A DNA stretch of 63,243 nucleotides, filler included, from Chiloscyllium plagiosum (taxonomy: Eukaryota): NCBI RefSeq assembly GCF_004010195.1. It is 5 parts of one record of this genome, joined end to end, with 100 filler letters (N's around TTAATTAATTAA, not from the genome) between each part and the next. Parts side by side here need not be neighbours in the genome. Positions count along the whole stretch, not along the records: positions 1 to 16,098 come from NC_057710.1; 4 more parts are not named here. One strand, 5' to 3'. Made by a program: the position numbers and the translations under genes. Below the pieces are notes generated by a model. It was not told the DNA's origin and did not search any database. It worked only from the letters and a program-made list of their open reading frames with translations. Numbering within the stretch: the first letter of the stretch is position 1; every line of letters starts with the position of its first letter. Shown here piece by piece: positions 1 through 12,229 of this stretch.

Positions 1-178
1 GGCAGAGACAGGCCACTATAAATGCCGGAGGAAAGATCACAGAAGTGCTTCACAGGAGGCTCCCAAGCACTGAGGATGTCACCTAGACAGGGGACGAAAC
101 GTCTGCAACACAAATTCCCAGCTCGGCGAACAGAACCACAACAACGAGCACCCGAGCTACAAATCTTCTCCCAAACTT
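1..178 (+). mobile_element. Penelope-like element (PLE) 3' terminal repeat with hammerhead-like core
   Basis: CTGAGGA-t-gtcacc/tagaca/ggggac-GAAACGTC at 70-103. Tail gagctacaaatcttctc recurs at ~7045, ~11165 and ~15135. The same family is on the minus strand at 15915-16098 and 59655-59714. Confidence 0.8.
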
Positions 179-440
179 TCTGCAGTTTCTCTCCATTCAG
201 TTGTACAGCTACACAAGTGATGAGAAAGCATGAGTTATGAATTTGGCCAACCAGTTCAGTGAGTTTTCAGTAAAACCTATTGTAGAGAAGAACTGAAAGC
301 ACCAACATGATAAATGGAGAGAACTCATGTTTCATGGATGGTCGAGTTTGAATGCAAAAAATGTGGACCTTTCCTACTTTTATCATGGAATCCCTACAGT
401 GTGGAAATAGGCCATTTGGCCGAACAACTCCACTCTGACC

Positions 441-693
441 CACCTCTGTCCCTACTAAAACATTTAAATCCTGGAACCCGCAACTGCCAATCCTGTCCCT
501 GTTCTAGCCATGTCTCCGTAATAGCCACAACATCGAAGTCCCAGGTACCAACCCACGCTGCAAGTTCACCTACCTTATTTCGTATACTTCTTGCATTGAA
601 GTATACACACTTCAAGCCACTTTCCTGTTTACAGGCACCCTCCTTGGAAATTGATGCCATGTTCCTCACCTCCCTACACTCCAGGCCCTGCAT
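441..693 (-). pseudogene. CR1 LINE ORF2 N-terminus (APE endonuclease start), truncated
   Basis: LKCVYFNARSIRNK...DVVAITETWL...PGFKCFSRDR is typical of the CR1 APE domain. It stops at ~441, where a SINE/CR1 3' tail (381-440) begins. Confidence 0.9.
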
Positions 694-731
694 CCTGTAG
701 CTACAATCTGGGTTCCCATGCCCCTGCAGAG

Positions 732-1266
732 TTAGTTTAAACCCCGCCCAAGAGCACTAGCAAACCTCCCCCCAAGGATACTGGTGCCCCTCAGTTTCAG
801 GTGTAGACCATCCTGTTTATAGATGTCCCACCGTCCCCAGAAAGAACCCCAGTTATCCAAAAACCGGAATCCCTCCCTCCTGCACCATTCCTGTAGCCAC
901 GCATTTAAGTGTTCTCTTTCCCTATTCCTTGAATCTCTATCACGTGGCACGGGTAACAAACCAGAGACAACAACTCTGTTCGTTCTAACTCTGAGCTTCC
1001 AACCTAGCTCCCTGAAAGCCTGTCTAACATCCTCGGCACTCCTCCTACCTATGTCGTTGGTGCCAATATGGACCACGACTTCGGGCTGCTCCCCCTCCCC
1101 CTCCAGGACCCGGAAAACACGATCAGAGACATCACGTACCCTTGCACCTGGGAGGCAACATACCAATCGTGAGTCTCTCTCGTTTCCACAAAACCGCCTA
1201 TCTGTGCCCCTAACTATCGAGTCCCCAATTACTACTGCTCTGCTCTTCTTCACCCTTCCCTTCTGA
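732..1266 (-). pseudogene. CR1 LINE ORF1 C-terminal SGNH/GDSL esterase domain
   Basis: VIGDSIVRG, CLPGA, VHIGTNDIG and DGLHL motifs in ORF 732..1301. It lies directly upstream of the APE start. Confidence 0.92.
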
Positions 1267-1277
1267 GTAACGGAATG

Positions 1278-1883
1278 ATTATTTGTATCATTGAAAGTCA
1301 CAGGTGAGATGCCAGAAGGCTGGAGGTTGGCTAAGCGATGCCACTATTTAAGAAAGGTGGTAAGGAAAAGTCAGGGAACTATAGACCAGTGAGCCTAACA
1401 TTTGTGGTGGGCAAGTTGTTGGATAAAACTCTGAGGGTCAGGATGTGCATGTATTTAGAAAGGCAAAGACTGATGAGAGATAGTCAACTTGGCTTTGTGC
1501 ATGAGAAACCATGTTTCATGAACCTGATTGAGTTTTTTGAAGCCTTAATGCAGAGGATTGATCAAGGCAGAGTGGTGGACATAATCTATGTGAACTTCAG
1601 TAAGGCGTTCAACAAGGTTCCCCATGGAAAATTGGTTAGCAAGGTAAGATCTCATGAAATTCAGGAAGAACCAGCCCTTTGGATACTGAACTGGCTTGAA
1701 GGTAGAAGACAAAGGGTGGTGGTGGAGGGTTGTCTTTCAGTCTGGAGGCCTGTGACCAATGGGGTGCCTCAAGGATTGATGCTCGATCCACTACTTTTCA
1801 TCATTTATATAAATGATTTGGATGTGAACACAATAGGTATAATTTTGCAGATGACACCAAAATTGGAGGTGTAGTGGACAGCA
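1278..1883 (+). mobile_element. CR1 LINE reverse transcriptase fragment
   Basis: [40 protein letters not shown] and a frameshifted FADDTK. Confidence 0.92.
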
Positions 1884-2137
1884 GATATATGGGAACACCA
1901 CCACTTCAAGTTCCCCTCCAAGCCACTCACCACACTGACTTGGAAATGTGTCGTTCCTCCACTATCATTGGGTCAAAATCTTGGAATTCCTTCCCTAAGG
2001 GCATTTTGTAGGTCTACATGCAGCACGTGGACTGCAGCAGTTCAAGAAGGCAGCTTTTCATGACCTTCTCAAAGGTAACAAGGATGGGTACTAAATGCTG
2101 GCCAGCCAGTATCCCATATCCTACAAGTGAGTAAAAC
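1884..2137 (+). mobile_element. 3' end of second non-LTR (CR1-superfamily-like) family
   Basis: ttcaagaaggcagc...gggtactaaatgctggccagccag tail. Homologous copies lie at 25085-25350, 30340-31600 and 46790-47782. Confidence 0.7.
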
Positions 2138-3289
2138 AAGACATAGCTTTTTTACTTCAGATTTTTCACTATTTTAACAAGATTTCTTTCTGAACATTAA
2201 TATTTTAGATTGTGTTACAAAATATGTTCCAGTATAAAATAGTACATCAGGGGACAGGATATAAGCAGGTCAAGATATCAAGCTTGTACTACAAGATCTC
2301 AAGAGGTCACCAGAAGACTGATTTCTAGACCATTAGATCTCTGTCAGGTAATATCATCAAGGAACCTATGGGGAGAAATAGAGTCGTGATACAATTTACT
2401 CAATATTTTAATGAATGAAGGTAAACCAGGCTAAAGAGGCCAAATGTCTTACTTCATTTCTACATTTCTAACCATCAACAATCATCAATGTAATGAGTGT
2501 TATCAGTTGTCAAGTAGAGTTGCAGCCAGTAGTTGTAGTGCATTTGGATTTCCAAAAGGCATTTGATTAGGTGCCACAAAATAGGTTACCGGCCAAGATT
2601 AATTCATGGTGTTAATATATTACCAAGGATAGAGAATTGGCTAATGAGCAAACTAATTAGCAGAGTCAATGTGCAGTGCCACAAAGAACATCACTAGATA
2701 TTTAACTATTTGCATAGGTCAGGAGTGTCAGGGGAATTTTCAGAGAGTGATGAGAGGTAGCAGATACGACTAGTAGGCTAGTCAAGGCTTTGGCTGAAGT
2801 AGTTAGAAGGACAATATGGATATCTGGGAGTTAAATTCTGGAATTCCCCATGAGATCTTATTCTGCCTAACATTTCCTGAGTAATGATCCAGGAAGCACT
2901 ACAGAATAGTCCAAACTGCTGGGTGGAATTTAATAGGGACCTGATGACATGGGCTACGGTGAGGAATGTGGCAGAATCTCAAAAGAAGTCCAAGAAAGTC
3001 AGGAATAACTAATCTGTATAAACCCCTATTCCCACAGTAAGTTTTGGATTTGTGTTAACACTATTCTGCCAATGTGTAGGCATGTTAACCTGCTGACATG
3101 GTTTGGTGCCATGACTGTGATGACTGTGTTCTATTTAACAAATTTGTTCTTGAAACTTTGATGTGTTCTTTTAAATTGGGAGCCTAGTAAATGTTTTGAT
3201 GTTTATTTTGCCAAGCAAAGCAAATTTATATCAATATATTCTGAATAAAAGTTGAACTCTGTCAATAAGAACTGGTTGGTTACTTGGTC

Positions 3290-3917
3290 AGAAATGAGAT
3301 TTAAGATTTAACATTTCTTGCTGCAATTGTACAGGGCCTTGGTGAGATCACACCTTGAGTATTGTGTGCAGTTTTGGTCTCCTGGTCTGAGGAAGGGCAT
3401 TCTTGTTCTTGAGGGAGTCCTGCGAAAGTTCACCAGACTGATTCCCGGGATGGCAGGGCTGACATATGAGGAAAGATTGGATCTACTGAGCTTGCACTCA
3501 CTGGAATTTAGAAGAATGAGGGGGAATCTCATAGATACGTATAAAATCGTGATGGGACTGGACAGGTTAAATGCAAGAAGAATGTTCCTGATGTTGGGGA
3601 AGTCCAGAACTAGGGCTCACAGTCTAAGAATAAAGGGAAAGCCATTCAGGGCTGAGATCAGGAAGAATTTCTTCACTCAGAGTTGTGAACCTGTGGAATT
3701 CTCTCCCTCAGGAAGCTGTTGGAGCCTGTTCATTGGATATATTCAAAAGGGAGCTGGAAGTGGCCCTTGCGGCTCAAGGGATCAAGGGGTATGGAGAGAA
3801 AGCGGGAATGGGATACTGAGATTGTATGATCAGCCATGGTCGTATTGAATGGTGATGCAGGCTGGAAGGGCCAAGTGGCCTACTCCTGCATCTATTTTCG
3901 ATGTTTCTATGTTTCTA
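3290..3917 (+). mobile_element. CR1 LINE 3' end
   Basis: LYRALVRSHLEYCVQFWSP...LEFRRMRGNLI...FFTQ, followed by the 3' hairpin and (ttctatg)n tail. Confidence 0.92.
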
Positions 3918-4099
3918 TTTATGCTTATTTATAAATTTCAAAATTTAAAATGATCTGTCACCCATGTCCAAGTCATTCAGTAGGTTCCTTTTAGCAAACG
4001 GTACTTTAATGTTTGGTAATTGTTTATGAAATGATGTTGCAGATGACATAAAGGGAGGAAGAAAATGGTTATCAAATGGACAGGAGTGAGAAAAAAACA

Positions 4100-4290
4100 A
4101 AAACAGAAATTGCTGGAGAAACTCAGCAGATCAGGCAGTATCTGTGGAGAGAAAGCAGAGTTAATTTTTCAGATCCAATGACTTTTCTTCAGAACTAGAC
4201 CTGAAGCATTAAGTCTGTTTTCTCTCTCTTCAGATGCTGCCAGACCTGCAGAGTTTTCCCAACAATTTCTATATGTGTTTCTGATTTCCT
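4100..4290. mobile_element. Palindromic PLE-derived insertion (degenerate)
   Basis: Inverted arms aaattgctggagaaactcagc... and ...gagttttcccaacaatttc, with a degenerate ctgaagaa...gaaa core on the minus strand. Confidence 0.65.
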
Positions 4291-4399
4291 TCATCTGCCG
4301 TTCTTTGGAGTTTTTTGAGGGCTGAGAAAAAAGAAGGCACAAAGAAGAGAATGGTGTACTGAGAGGAACTTGAGCAGGAGACCAGAAATGCAGATTTGA

Positions 4400-5110
4400 G
4401 AGAACAGCTGGAAAATCTAGAATGAATAGTGAAAAATTATTGTGAAGACAAGTGACGTGGATAACACAAAAGAGGGAAATAGATATGCTAAACGAATTAG
4501 CAAGAGTTTGGCAAATGGAATCTAATGTGAGGTTATGCACTTTGACAGGAAGAATAGAGGACCTGAATATAATTTAAATGGAGAATCACTGCAGAAAGCA
4601 ACAACATAGGAGGATTTGGGAGTCTTTGTGATAAGTTGCATAAATCCAGCATATAAATTCAGTGGCTAATAGGGAAGGAAAATGGAACTTTGGCCTTTAC
4701 TTCAAAGAGAATGGAGTATAAAAGTAGGGAAGTCTTCTTCAAACTATGTAATGTATGTGTTAGACTACACCGAGAATACTGTAAACACTTTTCCTTCTTT
4801 TATACTGGAATTGGAGACAGTTCAGAGAAAGTTCACTCCATTGATCAAAGGTATAGAAGGATGTTCTCATGAGAGGGTGAGTTGGTTAAGTTTGTTATCG
4901 TTAGAGTTTAGACAAATGAGAGTTGACCTTTATCGAAACATTTAAGATTCTTAAGGTACTTGAAAGAGTTAATGCAGAGAAGTTGTGTCTCCTTGTGTAA
5001 CATTCCAGGTTCAGGCACAATAATCTCAGAGTTACCTATTTAGAACAGAAATGAGGAGGAATATTTTCTCCCAGAGGGTGATGTATCTGTGGAATTCTTT
5101 ACATCAACAT
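4400..5110 (+). mobile_element. Degenerate CR1 RT/C-terminal fragment
   Basis: LETVQRKFTPLI..LSLEFRQMRVDL and FFSQRV..WNSL remnants. Confidence 0.75.
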
Positions 5111-5119
5111 CTGTATACA

Positions 5120-5642
5120 AAGTTAAAAACCATTCAACATCAGGTTATAATCCAACAGATTTATTTGGAAGCACCAGCTTTCAGAGCACTGCTCCTTCAT
5201 CAGTGTTCCAAAAATTAGTATTTTCAATTGAATTGAATTGAATTTATTGTCACGTGTACTGAGGCACAGTGAAAAACTTTATCTTGTGAGCAATACAGGC
5301 AGATCACAGAGTTAAGTAGCATAGATAAGTAAATAACAGGTAAACAGCGGCAAAAACAAAAACACAGGTACAGGCAAATGGTAAGAGTTTGTGAATCCAT
5401 TCAGTATTCTGTGAGTCCATTCAGTATTCTGTGAGTCCATTCAGTATTCTGTGAGTCCATTCAGTATTCTGTGAATCCATTCAGTATTCTGTGAGTCCAT
5501 TCAGTATTCTGTGAGTCCATTCAGTATTCTGTGAGTCCATTCAGTAGTCAGTAGTCTGAGGAAGGACATTCTTGTTATGCTATAACCTGGTGTTGTGTAA
5601 TTTTTGACTTTGTCCAACTCAGTCCAAAACTGGCCTCTCCAC
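5120..5642. mobile_element. Palindromic PLE insertion interrupted by a LINE tail and a minisatellite
   Basis: Minus arm 5120-5205 carries CTGATGA-a-ggagcagtgctct-GAAAG. Plus arm 5578-5642 reads ctataacctggtgttgtg.... A minus-strand LINE/SINE 3' end with an (ATTCA)n tail lies at 5228-5410. Confidence 0.65.
5391..5546. repeat. 20-bp minisatellite (gtgagtccattcagtattct) x ~7.8
   Basis: Direct tandem copies with no spacers. Two units carry an A variant. Confidence 0.97.
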
Positions 5643-6327
5643 ATTAAGTATGTTCAAAGCTGCATTTGACCAAGTGTAGCACCAAGGAACAGGAGTTAAT
5701 GACGACCAACTCTCAACTGGCTAGAGGGTCATCGATCAAAAGGAAAGGTTATTGTGGATAGATTCTTGTTAAGCAGAGGAGTGAAAGATTATCTTGTTTT
5801 AGCAGGAAGGGGATTTAAGGCCAGAATCAGATCAGTCATGAATTTATGGAATAACAGAGATGTCTCAAGGGGCTGAATGGTCTGTTCATATGTATGTAAC
5901 TGGGTTTTGGTATCTTTTTATTTGTGAATTATTCAAAAGTTAAATACCTTGGAATCTTTCATTGCCTTAAAAGTGTGTGAATCATGCTATCGTTACAATG
6001 AGATGGACTTTTATTTACATGCGTGTTTTGTCTGTCTCGGGCATGCTTTTTTATGTTGTTATCAACAATGAAAAGTCAATGATCACAGATTTTCAACTGC
6101 ACATTTATAAACATGAAGCTGCAGCTAACTTGCATAATGAGAATGTTCTATGCATTTCTGTGTAAACACTTAGGTGTTAGACTCAATCAAAGCTATTTAT
6201 ATCATAGAGGGAGGCTATTCTGCCTATTGTCTCCATGCTGTTGTTCTTCAGTTAAAGGTTTCTTATGCTGTAAACCAAGACTTCAAAAATTCCTTGTTTT
6301 TATTATCCAAGCTTTTCTTTGTTTTGT

Positions 6328-6748
6328 ATATTCATTCATGGGATTGTGGGAATTGCTAGCGAGACCAGCATTTATTTCCCATCCCTACTTGCCCAGAGGG
6401 CAGTTAAGAGTCTGCAGTCATGTGTAGGCAGACCAGATCAGGACAGAGACAAAAACACTGCAGATGCTGGAATCCAAAGTAGACAGGCAAGAGTCTAGAA
6501 GAACACAGCAAGCCAGGCATCTGTAGGCAGACCAGGTTAGGATGGCAGTTTCCTTCCCTAAAGGACATCAGTGAACCAGATAGGTTTTTCCACCAGTCAG
6601 GAATAGTTTCATGAGCATCATGACTCTTTGTTTCAGATTTTTATTGATTTCAAGTCCCACCAATGATTCCCACATGATTCAAACCCAGGTCCCTGGAATA
6701 TTACTTGGATTAATAGTCTTGAGATAAGACCATTAGGCTGTTGCCTTG
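6328..6748 (-). mobile_element. tRNA-derived SINE (family 2) with nested PLE fragment
   Basis: Tail ggg(a/c)aataaatgctgg...tgaatgaat matches the second LINE family. A PLE piece lies at ~6447-6520. Confidence 0.7.
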
Positions 6749-6827
6749 CCTTTATAAATTCCAGGAACAAATAAGAACTGCTTTCCCACCTGATGTGTCA
6801 AAATTAGGAAAATAAAACAAAAAACAG

Positions 6828-7728
6828 ATCGAGTTTAATTTGGACAAATTAAAGATTTGATTAATCAAACAAGGATAGGACTTATAGAATTAATGGTAAG
6901 GCCATGGGTAGTGTTGTAAAACAGAGAGACCTAGGGGTTCAGGTACGTAATTCTTTGAAAGTGGAGTTGCAGGTAGGCAGGGTGGTTAAGAAGGCTCTGG
7001 ATGTAAGTTCACTCTCTGCAAACTTACATCCAGAACCTCAACCTGAGCTACAAATCTTCTCAAAACTGGTTAAGAAGGTGTTTGGGCATGTTTGCCTTCA
7101 TTGGTCAGAGCATGGAGTATATGAGTGAGGATGTCATGTTGAGGCTGAGCAGGACATTAGTTATGCTACTTTTATAATATTGCATACAATTCTGGTCTCC
7201 CTTCGATAGGACGGATGCCGTTGAACTAGAAAGGATACAGAAAAAAAAAATGTCAGGAATGTTGCTGAGATTGGAGGGTTTGAGTTATAAAGAGAGGCTG
7301 GATAGGCTGGGACATATTTCCCTGGAATGTTGGATGCTGAGGGATAACCTTATAGAGATTTATAAAATAATAATGGGCTTAGATAAGGTGAACTGCCAAG
7401 GTCTCTTTCCAAGGGAAGGCGAGTCCAAAACTAGATGGCATAGCTTTAAGGTGAAAGGGGAAAGATTTTAAAAAGACCTAAGGGGCAACTTTTTCACACA
7501 GTGTGGTGCGAGTATGGAATGAGCTGCCAGAGGAAGTGGTAGAAATGAGTATAATTACAAATTTTAAAAGACATTGGGATAGGTAATATAAATAGGAAAG
7601 GTATAGAGAGATATGGGCCAAATGCAGGCAAATGACAAATAGTCCATTTTAGTATACCTGGTCAGCATGGATGAGTTGGGCTGAAAGTTCTGTTTCCACG
7701 CTATTTGACTCTATGATGCTATGACTGT
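6828..7728 (+). mobile_element. CR1 LINE 3' part
   Basis: QRDLGVQV, LEGLSYKERLDRLG and the (gactctat)n tail. Confidence 0.88.
6995..7066. mobile_element. 72-bp micro-PLE insertion with 12-bp TSD
   Basis: TSD tggttaagaagg at 6983-6994 and 7067-7078. Inverted tctggatgtaagtt/aacttacatccaga plus the PLE tail. Confidence 0.8.
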
Positions 7729-8209
7729 ATATTCCCTCTGGTATCTTTTCTATTGTGACAATCTGTTGCAGTTTATAAAGTAATAATCATAAGGCTGTAT
7801 GTTTCAATGCTGCCCATTGATGCAGCTTTGTCAGTGGAGAGTCTTCAGTTCTGAGGAAAAACCTAAAGTTAAAAACCTTTTGTCTTGTGTTTCTCTGCAT
7901 CTCATACCCCCCTCCCCCCAACCCCGTAAAGAGGAAATGACTGAATGATTGGTCTGTCTGCAGAAGATGCTATTAGCACCTACCTGTGTTTGTTCAGTTA
8001 AAAGCACATTAGTAAGCGTAAAGGAAGGCCAATAAAGGAGGTCAAACACAAATGAAGCGAACACGAAGCAGTAAACTAACACTTGCCAACCAAGCAGCTG
8101 TCCCGTTTCCGCCTTACCTGTTTTTGGAAGTTATAGGTTCGGCCTATATCAGAAAAGCTGACAGAATTTACGGACAGTTTGGTTATGACTTAACAGAGAC
8201 TGTAGTCAG

Positions 8210-9418
8210 GGTTTAGATCAGAGTGGATTCTTTGAGGAGAAAGTGAGGTCCGCAGATGCTGGAGATCAGAGCTGAAAATGTGTTGCTGGAAAAGCGCAGC
8301 AGGTCAGGCAGCATCCAGGGAACAGGAGAATCGACGTTTCAGGCATAAGCCCCTCTTCAGGAGTAGAGATGATGTTTCCACTGGCAAATGAAACTAGGAC
8401 AAGAGGGCATAGTCTCAAAATTACATGGAGCAGATGTAGAACTGAATTGAGAAGGAATTTCTTCACGCACTGGGTTGTTAATTTATGGAATTCCTTATGC
8501 GGATCGGTACTCTGACCCCAGCTGTTCATTTTATATGTTAAATGGATGAAGGAATTAAATGTAATATCTCAGTTTACACAAAGCTGGGTGGAAGGGAGAG
8601 CTGTGAGGAGAATGTAGAACGTTTGAGTGGGGTTTGGACATGCTGAGTTAATTGCCAAATGCATGAAAGATGTAGTATAATTAGATTAGATTACTTAGTA
8701 TGGAAACAGGCCCTTCGGCCCAACAAGTCCACACTGACCTCCAAAGAACAACCCACCCAGACCCATTCTCCTACATCTAACACTACGGGCAATTTTAGCA
8801 TGGCCAATTCACCTAACCTGCACGTTTGGACTGTGGGAGGAAACCAGAGCACTCGGAGGTAACCCACGCAAACACTGGGAGAATGTGCAAACTCCACACA
8901 GACTGTTGCCTGAGGTGGGAATTGAACCTGGGTCTCTGGTGCTGTGAGGCAGCAGTGCTAGCCACCGTGCCACCCAGTGTCAATAAATGTGAGAGTATCC
9001 ACTTTTTGGTAGCAAAGAGAGAGAGGCAAACTTATTTTTCTGTAAATTGAGAGCAGAATATTAACAAGATCTGTGTCCTTGTGCACTGGTCACTGAAAGT
9101 AAGACCACTGGTGAAGGAGGGAGTAAAGAGGGCAAATTGTATGCTGGCCTTCATAATGAGAGGATTCAAGAACAGGGATCGGTGACATCTTGCTGTAATC
9201 GTACAGTGTGTCGAGAATGTAGTGCTTCTCCCCAGCCCCCCACCCCACCAATTTATCTCTCCACCCTGGCGGCTTCCTGCCTCTATGCCTGATGAAGGGC
9301 TTTTGCCCGGAACGTCGATTTTTCCTGCTCCTCTGATGCTGCCTGACCTGCTGTGCTTTTCCAGCACCACTCTGATCTAAACTCTGGTTTCCAGCATCTG
9401 CAGTCCTCACTTTTGCCT
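8210..9418. mobile_element. Composite insertion bounded by PLE ends and a 15-bp TSD
   Basis: agagactgtagtcag at 8195-8209 and 9419-9433. PLE ends carry hammerhead-like cores at ~8333-8362 (-) and ~9289-9317 (+). Confidence 0.7.
8680..8975 (-). mobile_element. V-SINE (HE1-like)
   Basis: tRNA head with A/B boxes, V-core tgtgtggagtttgcacattctccc, and a CR1-type tail ending in (taatc)n. Confidence 0.9.
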
Positions 9419-9829
9419 AGAGACTGTAGTCAGCTGAGGTGCTGAAAATTGATCAATTTTGTCAGGTTTTCATAGGAAAATCTGGCAGAGCAACATGCTT
9501 TGTATCCAAATAGTCAGTAATATTTATGATTCTTCACTCTGGTATTCCTTTTAAAGCACCAAGTGAAGCAGATAAATGGAATTAATGTACTTATGTTCTC
9601 ACTTTGTGTGTGGAAATTATGTAGAATAACTGCAGCATGCTCAGCACATTAGGGTTCCTTGACAAATGATATAAATCCAAACATGGTACTATACAGGGAA
9701 CAGTCCAGCAAATTCAGTCTTATCACATTCAAAACAACAACAAGAATAACAATAATTTGTTTTTATACATGACTATTCAAAGAAATTGTCCAAAGGGATA
9801 TAATAAAACAGACACTTGGACCAATTAGT

Positions 9830-10375
9830 GAAAGCCAGAATGAATTTTTTCAAGTCATTTGAGTTTAACTAACTTGACTGAGTTTCTCAATGAACTAACA
9901 GAGAGGGTTGATGAAGATGATTAGAGACTCCCAAAAGGCATTTGATTAAAGGCCACTGAGTGTGGCATCCAGATTGAAGCACATGGAATAAATGCAAGTA
10001 TGGTTGCATGAATATTAAGTTGGCTGAGTAACAGAAATCCAGACTAACACTGAATGGTTGCTTTCCAGATTGGAAGAAAACACAAAGTGGGGTTCCTCTA
10101 TGGTTATGAAGATCACTGCTTTTCTCATTCTAAATTAATGGCCTAGATTTGGGTGAGCAGCAGCCTATTTCAAACATATAGCTTAGAACTATTTTGCATT
10201 ACATGGTTAGTGATCTGCTCAAAAGGGACAAACAGCTGGGTGGGATGGGCAGACATGTGGTAAGTAAATTTAATGTAGAGAAGTGTGAGGTGATACATTT
10301 TTGTAGTAAGAACAAAGAAATGAAATATAAAATAAAGGCTGCAATGTTAAAGGAACAGAAGGACCTGGAGTTATA
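9830..10375 (+). mobile_element. Highly degenerate CR1 RT fragment
   Basis: ttaactaacttgactgagtt, caaaaggcatttgat and KFNVEKCEVIHF remnants. Confidence 0.7.
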
Positions 10376-12229
10376 ACAGATGTTGGAAGTATGTTTGGGA
10401 ATGTTCAAGAAGGTGGAATTGTTGGAGTGCAGGAACTTCAGGAGTATCACAGGTGGAATGGGTGTCAGGAGCTGCAGCTTTTCTGACAGGATGAGGTCAC
10501 CTGGTGTTTAATGAACAAAAGTAAGTTTATGGTCAAGCAATATAACTGGACATGATTTACTTTGGCTGCCTCTGTCACCATTAATTTGCTTTTCCAGCGA
10601 AGCTGTAAATACTGCTATTTGTTCAACTCAGTTGTTATTTTGCCAGAACTAATGGCCAGAAAATAAATCACAATTTCATGACAACTAGTGGAGTTGATTG
10701 CAGACTTTGTGGAATAGTGTACACAGCTGATAGTGAGTTACCATCCTTCCCATCTCTGCCAAAAGATAACATATACAGAACAGGCATAAACAAAGAGGCA
10801 AAGTTCACAGCCTGGAATTTTACACCCAGCACAAAGAGTCCTGTTGTCCTTCAACACTGAATCAAGCAACACATAATCTACATTGGAATAATTGAGTAAT
10901 TGGAATAATATTTGTCTTTATAAAGACCTGAAATATTATGTAAAATTTGTGCACTTTTCATGATCCTGGGGGCAATGTGCAGCAAATCGGTATTATTTAA
11001 AGAGGACTGGGATATGAGCGGGACTTGGGACATTAATAAAAATGGGAATTTTGTGGTCTATATCCTACACTGATTCAATGAGGAATCAGTTGGAGTGGCA
11101 GAGTAGCAGAAGTGAACCTGAGGGTGAACAGGGTCACAGAGATTCCTAATCAAAACCTCAACCTGAGCTACAAATCTTCTCAAAACTCGCTAAAACCTAA
11201 GAAGTGATTGGAGCAACAGATTAACCCCAACAGGAACCCTGTCAAAAAGGCTGACATGCATTATTCCGCAAAAAGCTGAATAGCAGACAGACGATAAGTT
11301 TTTTTTTATCCATTTTAAAGCTGCCTTAAGTTCCAACTTCTTTTTTGTAGCAAATGTTTGCAAACATTTTCTCCTTAGCTTAAATTTATGGTTGGGCTTT
11401 TTGAACTAAAGATAAGGCAGGGGTGTTCAGTCCTACATATTACATGCCCTGCTGTAGGAGGGAAATCCAAGATGCTCCTCGCATTCTGGATGACCACATC
11501 TGCAGGAAGTACCACTGGTTCGATCAGCTTTAGTGCCAGGGTTTAGAGCTCAAGTGTCAGCTCAAGGCATTGTAGTTAAAGTGGGAGAAGTGCCACTTTG
11601 ATGGGAGTGACAATAAATCAGTAAGATTGAGGATGATTATAGAAAGCTATGAAATCTCTCATTTCCAAAAGTTACTTTACTTTAAACACTTGCTTATCCA
11701 GTTCTACAAAACTTTAAACTGAAAAGGCTTTGCTTAAAAGTTCAAATTTGGATAGGACATCTGTGGCCTTCCAGTTCATGCTGACGAATTTAGTCATCTT
11801 TCTGATGTTCCCTGTCTTTTGCAAGTGTCATTGGTGTGAGGGAGATTTTTGTAAGAAGACTACAATGTAATTTATATGCGGATTCAGTAATGCAGTTGCT
11901 GCACTTTTATTTTAAAAAAAAAATCATCCTTGTGCTGTATTTGGCAGCAGTTCGATACTTATCATTTTTGGGACAAGTGCTTAAGGTTGTTTTAACAGTT
12001 CTACAGCTCACATAACCCCATTATCAACTGACTTGTTGCACACGGACCATGAGTCTGGTCAGTTCACAAATCAGGAAAAATCATTACATTGTTTTCAGTG
12101 ATGTTTTGCTACCACAAGAAGCCCATATCAAATTAGAAATGAACACAATTTCAAGTTATCAGAAAATCTCAAACAGTTTAATTTCACTTTCTTTTGAACT
12201 CTGTCATTTATCAGTTGCAAAAATGTTGG

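Noticed and set aside
732..1301. 189-aa ORF as a host GDSL/SGNH lipase gene
   Set aside because: It directly precedes a CR1 endonuclease start and matches 59260-59650, so it is CR1 ORF1.
441..1883. Head-to-head CR1 pieces as a twin-priming inversion
   Set aside because: The minus piece has its own tail and looks less decayed than the plus piece, and no shared TSD was found. Independent insertions are simpler.
2720..3270. Possible Tx1/L1 C-terminal relic (LAEVVRRTIWIS) with AATAAA
   Set aside because: A single weak motif, not enough to call as a feature.
5391..5546. Regular 20-bp repeats as a CRISPR array
   Set aside because: No spacers, no cas genes, and a eukaryotic context. It is a minisatellite.
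8100..8200. Minus-strand CAG|GTAAGG donor near 8118 as a host exon
   Set aside because: An isolated signal with no recognisable coding content or partner exon.
8659..9050. Recurrent ORFs such as MDCGRKPEH.. and MEFAHSP.. at several loci
   Set aside because: They are chance translations of V-SINE copies, not a gene family.
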